Notes under the pieces: model-generated
The model's input: the letters and a program-made list of their open reading frames with translations, nothing else
The model's database searches: none
What the model was told of the DNA's origin: nothing
Source: an uncultured Pseudomonadota bacterium
Lineage (GTDB): Bacteria > Pseudomonadota > Gammaproteobacteria > Burkholderiales > CAIKXV01
DNA: 64,000 bases
Assembly: GCA_903831455.1 (NCBI GenBank)
Contig: CAIKXV010000197.1
Span: 4,128-68,127, forward strand
Direction of reading: 5' to 3'
Shown here: piece after piece, positions 1-9,552 of the stretch
How the letters are laid out: every line of letters begins with the position of its first letter
How positions within the stretch are numbered: the stretch's first letter is position 1
Program-made: the position numbers and the translations under genes

Positions 1-855
1 GGGCCCCACGCCGCCGAGCTTGATGGTCTTGACGTTCGCGCCCTGGATCGCGCCCATCCGGTGCAGCATCACCAGGTCGGCGATGCTCCCGATGGACTCG
101 TCGCCGTTGAGCGGAACCGGGCACACCTTCGCCAGCGCGGCCATGCCGTCGAAGTCGTCGCCCGGCAACGGCTGCTCGATGAACATCAGACCCGCGGGTT
201 CGGCGCGCTGGGCGAACAGTCGCGCATCGGCAAAGGTCATGCCGGTGTTGGCGTCCGCGCACAGGGCGACGTCCGGGCCGAGGCACCGACGCACCTCGAT
301 GGCCGCCTCCGCTTCCTCGCGCGGATCCTTGATGCCGATCTTGAGCTTGAAGAACCGCCACCCGGCGGCCAGCTCCCGCTGCGCCTCCGCGATGTCGTCC
401 TCGATGCGCGGGTTGCCCAGCAGGTACATCGGCAGCAGGTCATCGCGCAGCGCGCCACCGAGCAGGTCGCACAGCGGCACGCCGAGCACCTGTCCGTGCA
501 GGTCGGCGAGCGCCATGTCCACCGCGCACTTGGCCCCGGTGTTGCCCACCAGTGCGCGCTCGACCCGACGCGCCAGCGCGCCGCGAGCGGAGATCGGCTG
601 CCCCACCAGCAGCGGCGCGAGCCACTCGCGCACCGCGCACACCATGCCCGGCAGCAGGTCGCCGGTCATCTGCGGCGCCACCGACGCCTCGCCCCAGCCG
701 ACCCGGCCGTCGTCGGCCTCGATGCGCACCAGCAGGTTGCGCGAGCACTCGATGCGCTCGCCGGCCATCACCACCGCCTTCTTCAGCGGCAGCGCGACCG
801 GAATCGCGTCGACCCGCCGGATGCGCACCCGGGCGCCCTGTCCGTCCTCGCTCAC
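1..855 (-). CDS. Muconate-lactonizing enzyme / enolase superfamily protein (3' end truncated by window edge)
   Basis: Translated by hand from GTG at 855 (SD-like GGAGG upstream): VRIRRVDAIPVALPLKK...WRFFKLKIG...CADAN...FIEQP...GDESIGS...NVKTIKLGG. KxK, D, E, D, K motifs of the MLE subgroup. Not in the ORF track because it is open at the edge. Confidence 0.85.
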   Translation of the reverse strand, partial: MSEDGQGARVRIRRVDAIPVALPLKKAVVMAGERIECSRNLLVRIEADDGRVGWGEASVAPQMTGDLLPGMVCAVREWLAPLLVGQPISARGALARRVERALVGNTGAKCAVDMALADLHGQVLGVPLCDLLGGALRDDLLPMYLLGNPRIEDDIAEAQRELAAGWRFFKLKIGIKDPREEAEAAIEVRRCLGPDVALCADANTGMTFADARLFAQRAEPAGLMFIEQPLPGDDFDGMAALAKVCPVPLNGDESIGSIADLVMLHRMGAIQGANVKTIKLGGVGP

Positions 856-987
856 CCCCTCACCTCCCGTCCATGCATTGCAGCGTGGTGTCCCGCACGC
901 CCCGAGCACCGTCGGCACTCGACGACCCGGGCGACGCGCGCACGACCCTGCGGATCGACGATCCTGGCCGCGAATGGCGCTCGCGCG

Positions 988-1950
988 TCATTCCGCCTTC
1001 ACCGAGGCCTCGCGCGCGACCTTCGCCCACTTGGCCAGATCCTTCTCGAGCAGCGCACGGAACTCCGCCGGCGAATTGCCCACCGCCTCGGCGCCAAGCG
1101 CCGCGAACTGCTGTCGCATCGCCGGGTCCTGGAGCGCACGGATCATCTCGCCGTGCAACTGCCCGACCAGCGCCGGCCTCATGCCTGCCGGACCGAGGAA
1201 CGCGTACCACGATCCCAGCTCGTAGCCCTGCAGCCCGGATTCGCCGATCGTGGGCACCTCGGGCATCAGGCTGGAGCGCTTGATCGACCCGATGCCCAGG
1301 GCGCGCACCTGCTGGGCGCGCACCGCGGGGCCGGCCGCCGAGATCGAGTTCCAGGTCACCGCGAGCTGGCCGGCGATGGTGTCGGACATCGCGATCGGCA
1401 GCCCCTTGTAGGGCACGTGCACGCCCTTGACCCCGGCCATCAGGTTGAACAGCTCGAAGCCCAGGTGCGCGGAGCTGCCGATGCCCGACGAGCCGTAGGT
1501 GTACTGGGTCGGGTGCGCGCGCGCCCAGGCGATGAACTCGGCCAGCGTGTTCACCGGCAGCTTCGGGTTGACCAGCAGCACGAACGGCGCGTCGGCGAGG
1601 ATCGTGATCGGGGTGAAGTCGCGCAGCGGGTGGTACGAGAGCCTGGGGAAAATCGCCGGGTTGGTGGCGTGCGTGCCGGTGGTGCCCAGCAGCAGCGTGT
1701 GCCCGTCGGGTGCCGCGCGGGCCACCAGTTCGCTGCCGATGATCCCCGAGGCCCCGGCCCGGTTGTCGGCGATGAACGACTGCCCGGTGTTCTCCTGGAG
1801 CTTGCGGCTGACCACGCGCGCGAAGATGTCCGCGCCGCCGCCAGACGGAAACGGCACGATCACCCTCACCGGACGCGACGGCCAGTTCTGGGCGAGGGCT
1901 GCGGCCGGCACCAGCGCAGCCAGCAGCACCCCGAGCAGCATGCGGTTCAT
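988..1950 (-). CDS. Bug/TctC tripartite tricarboxylate transporter substrate-binding protein
   Basis: Signal peptide, WPSRPVRVIVPFPSGGGAD, NRAGASG, HVPYKG; SD AGGAGGAG. Confidence 0.95.
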   Translation of the reverse strand: MNRMLLGVLLAALVPAAALAQNWPSRPVRVIVPFPSGGGADIFARVVSRKLQENTGQSFIADNRAGASGIIGSELVARAAPDGHTLLLGTTGTHATNPAIFPRLSYHPLRDFTPITILADAPFVLLVNPKLPVNTLAEFIAWARAHPTQYTYGSSGIGSSAHLGFELFNLMAGVKGVHVPYKGLPIAMSDTIAGQLAVTWNSISAAGPAVRAQQVRALGIGSIKRSSLMPEVPTIGESGLQGYELGSWYAFLGPAGMRPALVGQLHGEMIRALQDPAMRQQFAALGAEAVGNSPAEFRALLEKDLAKWAKVAREASVKAE

Positions 1951-2179
1951 CTCTCCTCCTTCGCGAATCGGCGCGAGGCCACGGGCCTGTCGGCGCGTGC
2001 ACGCGTGCCGCGCGCCGCCAACGCCGCACGGCCGGGCGACATGCCCGCGGGCGCAGCCCTCGTCCGGCGGCTGTCACCCGATGTCAACGTTACGACCAGT
2101 CGACCGGACGCGCAATCCCGCGGCGCTTATCGGAGGCATCGGCCGCGCCGATCGGCGCCCCGCTGCGGGGCAGGCTCGC

Positions 2180-3265
2180 TCAACGCTGCTGGACGGCGGG
2201 GTCGAACTCCAGCCCCAGGCCCGGTTTCGTCGGGACCGTGATCACACCGTCGACCTGCACCGGAACCTCCCGGAACAGCGGGCAGGACCACGGCATGTAC
2301 TCCACGGTCAGTCCGTTCGGGATGGCGGCGATCAGGTGCACGTGGACCTCGGGCAGCAGGTGGCTCACCACCGGCAGGTTGAAGGCCTGCGCCATGCCGG
2401 CAATCTTGAGCCATCCGGTGATGCCGCCCGCGCGAAGCACGTCGATCATCACCACGTCGACGGCGCGCGCCTCCAGCATGTGCCGGAAAGGGACCGATCC
2501 GTAGACGTATTCGCCCGCGGCCAGCGGGGTGGCGAGTGCGCGCGCCACCTCGGCCATGCCGTGCGGATCGTCGTGCGCGACGGCGTCCTCCAGCCAGAAC
2601 AGGCCGACATCCTCGATCCGCCGGCCGATCGAGATCGCCTGGCGCACGTCCCAGCGCTGGTTGATGTCGCACATGAGGTCGATGTCCGGACCGATCACCG
2701 CGCGGATCTCGCGCAGGCGCTCGATCTCGCGCGTGGGCGTGGTGGGCCCCGGCAGCGCCAGCTGCGTCTTCATCTGCCGCCAGCCCCGCTCCACCAGTCG
2801 CCCGGCGGCGCGCACGCAGTCATCGAGGCTGAAGTGCCGCATCAGCGCGCCGCTGGCATACACGGGCACCCGCTCGCGGCAGCCGCCGGCCAGCACCGAC
2901 ACCGGCACGCCGAACGCCTTGCCCTTGATGTCCCAGAGCGCGATGTCGATGGCCGCCAGCGCCAGCGTGAACATGCCGCCCGGCCCCATCGAGGCGCCCG
3001 CCGCAGCCCGCAGCTTCTCGCCGGCGGCCTCGATGCGCAGCGGATCGTCGCCCACCAGCATCTGCGCGAGCAGGTCGACCGTATGCCGCAGGGCCGGCGT
3101 CACCGGTCCGCCGAAATGCGTGAGGCCGATGCCGACCAGCCCCGGCTGGTCGGTCTCGATCTCCAGCGTGACGAAATCGCGCGTGCCCTTGACGGTCGGC
3201 CCGTCGGCCAGCGGCTCGTCGGCCGGCAGCTGCGCGATGGCGGTGCGAAACCCGGTGATCCTCAT
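2180..3265 (-). CDS. Mandelate racemase subgroup enolase-superfamily enzyme (probable acid dehydratase)
   Basis: AAIDIALWDIKGK; metal ligands CDINQ, WLED, AGE; SH and EY motifs. Confidence 0.9.
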   Translation of the reverse strand: MRITGFRTAIAQLPADEPLADGPTVKGTRDFVTLEIETDQPGLVGIGLTHFGGPVTPALRHTVDLLAQMLVGDDPLRIEAAGEKLRAAAGASMGPGGMFTLALAAIDIALWDIKGKAFGVPVSVLAGGCRERVPVYASGALMRHFSLDDCVRAAGRLVERGWRQMKTQLALPGPTTPTREIERLREIRAVIGPDIDLMCDINQRWDVRQAISIGRRIEDVGLFWLEDAVAHDDPHGMAEVARALATPLAAGEYVYGSVPFRHMLEARAVDVVMIDVLRAGGITGWLKIAGMAQAFNLPVVSHLLPEVHVHLIAAIPNGLTVEYMPWSCPLFREVPVQVDGVITVPTKPGLGLEFDPAVQQR

Positions 3266-3268
3266 GGC

Positions 3269-5029
3269 TCAGCCTTTCGCCGGGATGATCGGCAGCAGCA
3301 GGTGCGGCGCGCGCCCCTCGCCCGCATGCAGTCGCACGCGCCCGCCGAACACCGCGGCCGGGCGATCGGTCTCGTCATCGTGCTCGAACGGGCCGCAGCC
3401 GCGCATCGGGTTCTTCATGTTCGACAGCGTCGCCGCCGCGCCACCGTACTCGTAGTCGCGCCCGCGGATCGTCAGCGCGACCCGATGGCCGACCGGCACC
3501 ACGATGCAGGTCGGGATGATCTCGATGTCGAGCTGCACCACCTCGCCCGGCACCAGCGGCTCGCTCCGATCATGCGTGTGGTAGGGACGCCAGGGCGTCG
3601 AGCGCACCGGGTCGAGCCGCCGCTGGGAGGCCCGCAGCCAGCCCTGGCCCACCGGCGTATGCGGGTCGAGCGCGCCCTGGAACACGACCTCCTCGCCGTC
3701 GGGCGCGAACACCCGGAGCACCGCGAAGAGGTCGGCATCGGTCGTGCTGGAGGAGACGAACAGGCGCAGCGCCACCGGGCCGGTGATCTCGGTCTCGCGC
3801 TCGAGCGGAGGCGTGCTGAAGGTGAGCCCGTCGCCCATCGCCTCGTACTCCACCGACACGGCCGGGCCCGTCGAGGCGTCGCGCGCCGGGTCCAGCGCGC
3901 CGCCGGACAGGTCGAGGTAGTAGGGCGTCCACTGCGTGCGCGCCAGCGGCCACTCGTTCTCGTGTCGGAGGTCGAACCGCTCGCCGGGGCGGCGCACGTT
4001 GAGCAGCACCGGCGGCTGGCGGTCCCAGCCGGTGTCCTCGCCCTTGAGGAAGTGGCCGAGGAATCGCTTCTGGAGCGTCACGCCGTAGTCGGTGTAGAAC
4101 GGCGCCCAGTGCGATCCGCCGTGCACCTCCAGCCATTTCTGCGTGGAGGCCGACTGCGTGTAGCCCTCGAAGTTGCCGCGCGGGTGCAGTCCCTGCCCGC
4201 CCCAGTTGGCGGCCGAGAGCAGCGGCACGGTGACCTTCGACAGGTCGGCCGAGCGCTCGCGGAACCACTCGTCGTCGAGCGGGCGGCGCAGGTACTCGGC
4301 CCACATGTCCTCCCGGTTGGCGACGAGCTGCTCCTCCGACAGCGTCTCGGGTCCGCACACCAGGTCGCCGGTGACGCGCGAACGCGCGCCGCGCTCGCCC
4401 ACGCCGTGCTGCACCGTCTTGACCTGCATGTCCTGCCAGTTCTTGCGGAACGTACAGGCGATGCCGCCGTGGCGGGCCCCGTCGCGGTAGCAGTCGGCCC
4501 AGCCTTCCCACACGCAGATGGCCGCCAGGTGCGGCGGCTGCAGCGCGGCGACGCGCCACTGGTTGGACGCATAGTAGGAGATGCCGTTCAGGCCCACCTT
4601 GCCGCTGCACCAGGGCTGCGCGGCGATCCACTCGATGCAGTCGTGGAAGTCCTTCGTCTCGCGCGCGTTGTTGTGGGAGAGGTACCCGGGCGAGCGACCG
4701 GCCCCGCGCGAATCGACCCGCACGACCGCGTAACCATCGGGCACCCACTTCTCGGGATCGACCACCTCCCAGTTCTGGTAGGCGTTGGTCGAACCCGCCA
4801 GCGCATCCGGGTTCTCGCGCGCCATGATCTCCCACGCCGTGCGGTAGCCCTCCTGGAAGGCCAGCCCCTTGCCGTAGGGCCCGTAGGTCGCGATGGCGGG
4901 ATAGCGCCCCTCGGCGATCGGACGGAACACGTCGGCTCGCAGGACGAGCCCGTCGTCCATCGCGATCGGCACGTCCCAGTCGATGCGCATGCCGTCTCGC
5001 ACTTCGCTGCGGTAGCCCTGCTCTGCCAT
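3269..5029 (-). CDS. CocE/NonD family serine hydrolase (peptidase S15-like)
   Basis: [30 protein letters not shown], nucleophile GISYY, C-terminal GWLRAS; ATG 5029 after SD GAGGAGG. Confidence 0.92.
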   Translation of the reverse strand: MAEQGYRSEVRDGMRIDWDVPIAMDDGLVLRADVFRPIAEGRYPAIATYGPYGKGLAFQEGYRTAWEIMARENPDALAGSTNAYQNWEVVDPEKWVPDGYAVVRVDSRGAGRSPGYLSHNNARETKDFHDCIEWIAAQPWCSGKVGLNGISYYASNQWRVAALQPPHLAAICVWEGWADCYRDGARHGGIACTFRKNWQDMQVKTVQHGVGERGARSRVTGDLVCGPETLSEEQLVANREDMWAEYLRRPLDDEWFRERSADLSKVTVPLLSAANWGGQGLHPRGNFEGYTQSASTQKWLEVHGGSHWAPFYTDYGVTLQKRFLGHFLKGEDTGWDRQPPVLLNVRRPGERFDLRHENEWPLARTQWTPYYLDLSGGALDPARDASTGPAVSVEYEAMGDGLTFSTPPLERETEITGPVALRLFVSSSTTDADLFAVLRVFAPDGEEVVFQGALDPHTPVGQGWLRASQRRLDPVRSTPWRPYHTHDRSEPLVPGEVVQLDIEIIPTCIVVPVGHRVALTIRGRDYEYGGAAATLSNMKNPMRGCGPFEHDDETDRPAAVFGGRVRLHAGEGRAPHLLLPIIPAKG

Positions 5030-5198
5030 CACTGATCCTCCTCGCCGGTGGGCGGTGTGCGCCTGCGGCGCATCGTGGACGAACGCAAGGACCCGGCTTC
5101 GGGGTCGGCCCTTGCGTGAGGCGGCGGGTCCGCGTCTTTGCTCTCCCGCCTGCCTGCGGCATGCTACCGCAACCACTCCCGCGCTTCAGGACCCCGAC

Positions 5199-5999
5199 AT
5201 GACCCTGCCCGCCGCCACCGGCGCCCTCGTCCCGACCCCTGGCCCCGCCCCTGCCCCTCGCGAACTCGCCGGTCGGGTCGCGCTCGTCACCGGCGGCGCA
5301 CGCAACATCGGGGCAGCCATCAGCCTTGAACTGGCCGCGGCGGGCGCGCAGGTGGCGATCAACACGCGGTCATCGCGCGCCGAGGCCGACGCGCTCGCCG
5401 ATCGCATCAGGGCGACCGGCGACCCGGCGGCCGTCTTCATGGGCGATGTCTCGCAGCCGGACGCGGTGCGCGAGATGACCGAAGCCATCGTGGCCTGCTA
5501 CGGCGGCATCGACCTGCTGGTACTCAACGCCTCGCCCCGTCGTGAAACGCCCTTTCTCGACATCGGCTGGGACGAATGGCGCTCCATCCTCTCCGGCACG
5601 CTGGACTCGGCCTTCCTCTGCACGCAGGCCTGCCTGCCCTCGATGCTCGCGCGCGGGGGCGGATCGATCGTGGCCCTCGGCGGCCTCAACTCGATGTACG
5701 GCGCGAACCGCCGCGCGCACGGCGCCGCGGCCAAGGGCGGCCTGCAGGCCTTCACCCGCGCGATCGCCCGCGAATTCGCCGATCGCGGGGTGCGCGCGAA
5801 CTGCGTCGTGCCGGGCCAGATCGAGACCGAACGCCCGGCGCATCGCGCCCCGCGCGCGGATCCCGCGAACTCGGTACCCATGGGACGCGCCGGGCTGCCG
5901 CAGGAAATCGCCACCACCGTGCGCTTCCTGTGCGGGCCCGGGGCGAGCTACATCACCGGCCAGACGCTGCATGTGGATGGCGGACGGCTGATGGCGTGA
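5199..5999 (+). CDS. Short-chain dehydrogenase/reductase (atypical active site)
   Basis: [11 protein letters not shown] Rossmann motif; VRANCVVPG; [12 protein letters not shown]. Confidence 0.9.
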   Translation: MTLPAATGALVPTPGPAPAPRELAGRVALVTGGARNIGAAISLELAAAGAQVAINTRSSRAEADALADRIRATGDPAAVFMGDVSQPDAVREMTEAIVACYGGIDLLVLNASPRRETPFLDIGWDEWRSILSGTLDSAFLCTQACLPSMLARGGGSIVALGGLNSMYGANRRAHGAAAKGGLQAFTRAIAREFADRGVRANCVVPGQIETERPAHRAPRADPANSVPMGRAGLPQEIATTVRFLCGPGASYITGQTLHVDGGRLMA

Positions 6000-6060
6000 C
6001 CCGGGCGTACCGGGCCTGCGCAGGCCTCGCCACGGCGGCGGGCCTGCGCGACCGACCCGA

Positions 6061-7107
6061 TCAGTCGATGACCAGCGCCACCCGCCCGACCAGCTGGTTG
6101 TCGCGGATCAACTGGTGCACGTGCTCGGCCTGCTCGAGCGGGAAGGTGCGATCGACGATCGCGCGTACCCGCCGCTGGCGCAGCAGTTCGAGCGTCTGCG
6201 CGATCTCGGTGGCGGTCACGTAACGCGAACCGCGTACCTCGATGCCCTTGCGCACGACCACCGTCGCATCCAGCGTGAACTTCGAGGCATCGCCGAACAC
6301 CGCCGGGGGCCGCACGCCGACGATCACCAGCCGCCCCGCCGGCGCGAGCGCGGTGACCGACGCCTCCAGCGTCTCGCGCGCGCCGACCACGTCGATCACC
6401 GACTCGACGCCGCGCCCACCGGTGAGCGCCAGCACCTGTCTGGCGATGTCGCCGCGGCCACCGTCGATCAGGTCGTCCGCACCGGCGGCCTGCGCGCCCG
6501 CGAGCTTGGTCTCGCCGATCTCCACGGCAATCACCCGCGCGCCGGCGGCCTTGGCCACCTGGACCACGTGGATGCCGACGCCTCCACCCGCGCCGAACAC
6601 CAGCACGTTGTCACCGGGCTGGATCTGCGCCTCCTTCGTGCACGCGTGGAACGGCGTGGCGATCGCATCGGCGGCCACCGCGGCGTCCACGTCGCTGACC
6701 TCGTCGGGGATCGGCACGAAGTTGCGGGCCGGCAGCACCATGTATTCCGCGTAACCGCCATCGCAGGCCATGCCCACGTATCCGCCGAAGGCGGTGCACA
6801 GGGTCTCGCGGCCGCCCCGGCAGTAGCGGCACTGGCCACAAGTCAGATAGAAGTGGTTGGTGACGCGCTGCCCGATGGTGAAGCCACGCACCTCGGAGCC
6901 CACCTCCACCACCTCGCCCGCCACCTCGTGGCCGGGGATGCGCGGCCAGGCGGTCACCTGCCCGGGGTTGGCGATCATGTGGACCACGGTGAGCCCGACG
7001 CCCACCGCCTTCACGCGGATCTTCACGTCGTTGGGCCCGACCGTGGGCTCGGCCACGTTCTCGAGTACCAGGGGCTTGCCCAGCCCGTGCAGCACCATTG
7101 CCTTCAT
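6061..7107 (-). CDS. Zn-binding medium-chain alcohol dehydrogenase family protein
   Basis: GHEVAG; structural Zn site CGQCRYC...LC; GAGGGVG nucleotide motif. Confidence 0.92.
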   Translation of the reverse strand: MKAMVLHGLGKPLVLENVAEPTVGPNDVKIRVKAVGVGLTVVHMIANPGQVTAWPRIPGHEVAGEVVEVGSEVRGFTIGQRVTNHFYLTCGQCRYCRGGRETLCTAFGGYVGMACDGGYAEYMVLPARNFVPIPDEVSDVDAAVAADAIATPFHACTKEAQIQPGDNVLVFGAGGGVGIHVVQVAKAAGARVIAVEIGETKLAGAQAAGADDLIDGGRGDIARQVLALTGGRGVESVIDVVGARETLEASVTALAPAGRLVIVGVRPPAVFGDASKFTLDATVVVRKGIEVRGSRYVTATEIAQTLELLRQRRVRAIVDRTFPLEQAEHVHQLIRDNQLVGRVALVID

Positions 7108-7259
7108 TGCGTCGCCTCGCGGGTTCTGTCGTGGACGGCCGCGATTATCGGTCCTGCGCCCGATTCATGCGCGCACGGCCGACCGGCCATCGGACCCTCG
7201 GGCCCGGTCCGGCCGATCACCCGCCCCTGGCCTCACCGGCGCGCGGCCGGCGACGCGGT

Positions 7260-8111
7260 TCAGACGTCGGCCTGGCTCTTCTTGTCGGCCGAACTGTGCG
7301 AGGCGATCTGGCGCACCGGCGCATTGCCGGCGATGTCCTTGCCGGTGGCCACCCAGGTGCAGACCGAAGCCCCTGGCGCCCAGACGGTCTTGTATTCGCC
7401 GGGCGCGAAGAACTCGGCGAACACCATGTCCTCGCCCTTCTTGCCGTCGCTGATGAAGTAGTGCCGCTCGCGATCGGCGAACCAGACCACGTCGCCGGCC
7501 TGCACGCGGAACGGCTCCTCGTTCGCGTGCGCGGTCCCGCTGCCGCTGATCAGGTACATGAAATGCTCGGCGCCCTCGTGGTGGTGGTTCGCCGCTTCGG
7601 TACCAGGCGGATAGATGATCATCTCGCCCTTGACCGCGGTCGTTCCGAACAGCTTCGGCGTGACGAGGTAGATGCGTCGGCGCGCGTCGTGCTGGGAGTC
7701 CAGCACCGGTTCGCGCCGCCAGTCGATGATGCGCACGCCCAGCCCCGCGTCGCACAGCCCCGGGTCCATCTGGCTCGCCGAGGGCACCTCGGCGTAGAGG
7801 ACATGCGCCTTGCCCGCGGCCGCGAGCGTGCCGCGGAAGCCCGGGGGCAGGAACACGACGTTCGAGTCGGTGAGGGCGTCGGAGCGCCCGTCGGCCGCGC
7901 GATCGAGGCGGAGCTCGCCGTCGAGCACCTGCAGCCACGCGACCCCGCCGCTGCCCACTTCCACCGGCGCCACCGAATGCGCGGCAAACGACAGCCGGTC
8001 GAGCCGGATGCGCGAGTTCGGCACGCGCGCCTCGGTGAGCAGGCGCTGGCGGCCCACCCCCACCCCGATCGGCTCGGCGGTCACGGTGGATTCGTTGAAG
8101 GTGATCGCCAT
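7260..8111 (-). CDS. Cupin-domain (bicupin-like) protein
   Basis: HHHEGAEHFMYLISGSG...GDVVWF...ERHY cupin motifs; ATG 8111 after SD GAGGAG. Confidence 0.8.
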   Translation of the reverse strand: MAITFNESTVTAEPIGVGVGRQRLLTEARVPNSRIRLDRLSFAAHSVAPVEVGSGGVAWLQVLDGELRLDRAADGRSDALTDSNVVFLPPGFRGTLAAAGKAHVLYAEVPSASQMDPGLCDAGLGVRIIDWRREPVLDSQHDARRRIYLVTPKLFGTTAVKGEMIIYPPGTEAANHHHEGAEHFMYLISGSGTAHANEEPFRVQAGDVVWFADRERHYFISDGKKGEDMVFAEFFAPGEYKTVWAPGASVCTWVATGKDIAGNAPVRQIASHSSADKKSQADV

Positions 8112-8376
8112 GACGCTCTCCTCTGGACGATGGCCTTGCGGTCTGCCGGCCACAGCGGCCGGTACCGACGGGCGGCTCAAGTGTCCAGCACTCTAGACGC
8201 GCCTCGCGTCAGGCGCAACCCCACCTGTCGGCCCTGGCAGATTCGCCCTAGAATGCGGCGTCGTTTCCGCCCCCTGTCCCCCGCGTCGCACGGGCAGGGC
8301 GGGCACGCCGCCCGACCGGGACCGCTGCGGCCTGCCGGAAGGCGGGCACGCCAGACCCTCCAGGAGATCCTTCCGC

Positions 8377-9396
8377 ATGAACGCCACGACTCGTCCGGCC
8401 GCCACGGCCACCCCGGGTACCGTCGCCGCCGCCCTCGTCGCCGGCTTCGCCGCCACCGGCCCGCTGCTGTCCACGACCGTCGCCGCGCAGGCGCCGAACT
8501 ATCCCACCCGTCCGGTTCGCCTCGTGGTCCCCTTTCCGCCAGGCAGCGCGAGCGACTTCCTCGCCCGCCAGCTCGGCCAGCTGATGACCGAGCGCTACCG
8601 CACCCAGGTCATCGCCGACAACCGGCCAGGGGCCGGTGGCCTGATCGGCAGCCAGATCATCATCGGCTCGGTACCGGACGGACACACGCTGGGGCTGGTC
8701 GGTGCGCCGCATTTCGTCTCCGCGCTGATGCAGGAGAAGCTGCCCTACCGTCCGATCGAGGACGTGGCCATGCTCACGCAGGTCGCGACCATCCCCAACC
8801 TGGTGTCCGTCGCGCCCAACCTTCCGGCGAAGAACATCCAGGAACTCGTCGCCTACGCAAAGGCGCGTCCGGGCCAGCTCAACTACGGCTCGCTGGGCGT
8901 GGGCTCGTTCGCGCACACCGCGGGCGAGATCTTCCGCAGCGCCGCCGGCATCAACGTCGTGCACGTGCCGTTCAAGTCGATTGCCGACGTGAACACCGAA
9001 CTGCAGGCCGGACGCATCCACTTCGTGATCTTCACTGCGCCGTCGAGCCAGTCGCTGATCGGCGAGGGGCGCGCCCGCGCGCTCGCCGTGACCACCGCGA
9101 AGCGCAACCCGGCCTTCCCCGACCTGCCGACCCTGGCCGAAGCCGGGCTGCCGGCGGCCACCAACGACGCCTGGTTCGGCATCATCGGGCCGGCCGCACT
9201 GCCCCGGCCGCTCGCATCGCGCATCTACGCCGACCTCAACGACGTCCTGAAGTCGCAGGAGACGCGCACGCGCTTCGCGCGGCAGGGAGCAGACCCCACG
9301 CCGGAATCCACCCAGGCGAGCTTCCTCGCGATGATGAAATCGGAGTACGCCCGCTACCAGCAACTGATCCGCGACATCGGGGCGCGCGCAAACTGA
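8377..9396 (+). CDS. Bug/TctC substrate-binding protein
   Basis: YPTRPVRLVVPFPPGSASD, NRPGAGG, HVPFK; SD AGGAG. Confidence 0.95.
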   Translation: MNATTRPAATATPGTVAAALVAGFAATGPLLSTTVAAQAPNYPTRPVRLVVPFPPGSASDFLARQLGQLMTERYRTQVIADNRPGAGGLIGSQIIIGSVPDGHTLGLVGAPHFVSALMQEKLPYRPIEDVAMLTQVATIPNLVSVAPNLPAKNIQELVAYAKARPGQLNYGSLGVGSFAHTAGEIFRSAAGINVVHVPFKSIADVNTELQAGRIHFVIFTAPSSQSLIGEGRARALAVTTAKRNPAFPDLPTLAEAGLPAATNDAWFGIIGPAALPRPLASRIYADLNDVLKSQETRTRFARQGADPTPESTQASFLAMMKSEYARYQQLIRDIGARAN

Positions 9397-9401
9397 CCCG
9401 G

Positions 9402-9432
9402 CGAGGGCGGGCCACCCGGCCCGCCTTCGTTT
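9402..9432 (+). terminator. Intrinsic terminator-like hairpin after the Bug gene
   Basis: CGAGGGCGGGCC-ACCC-GGCCCGCCTTCG followed by TTT, between convergent genes. Confidence 0.6.
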
Positions 9433-9552
9433 CGATACCGGACGCGGCCGCCGGTGACGGGGCCCACCGGGACGGCCGCGCGCGGTCGGCCGACCGGGCC
9501 GGTGCGGGTGACCGGTGCGGTCCACGCGCCGAGGCGCGCGGACCGCCGGGGT

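Noticed and set aside
1499-5035. Very long antisense or alternate-frame ORFs (e.g. 1499-5035, 7098-9581, 21162-23786, 41003-43915)
   Set aside because: They shadow well-supported genes; stop-poor frames with Arg/Pro/Ala-rich translations are expected at this GC content
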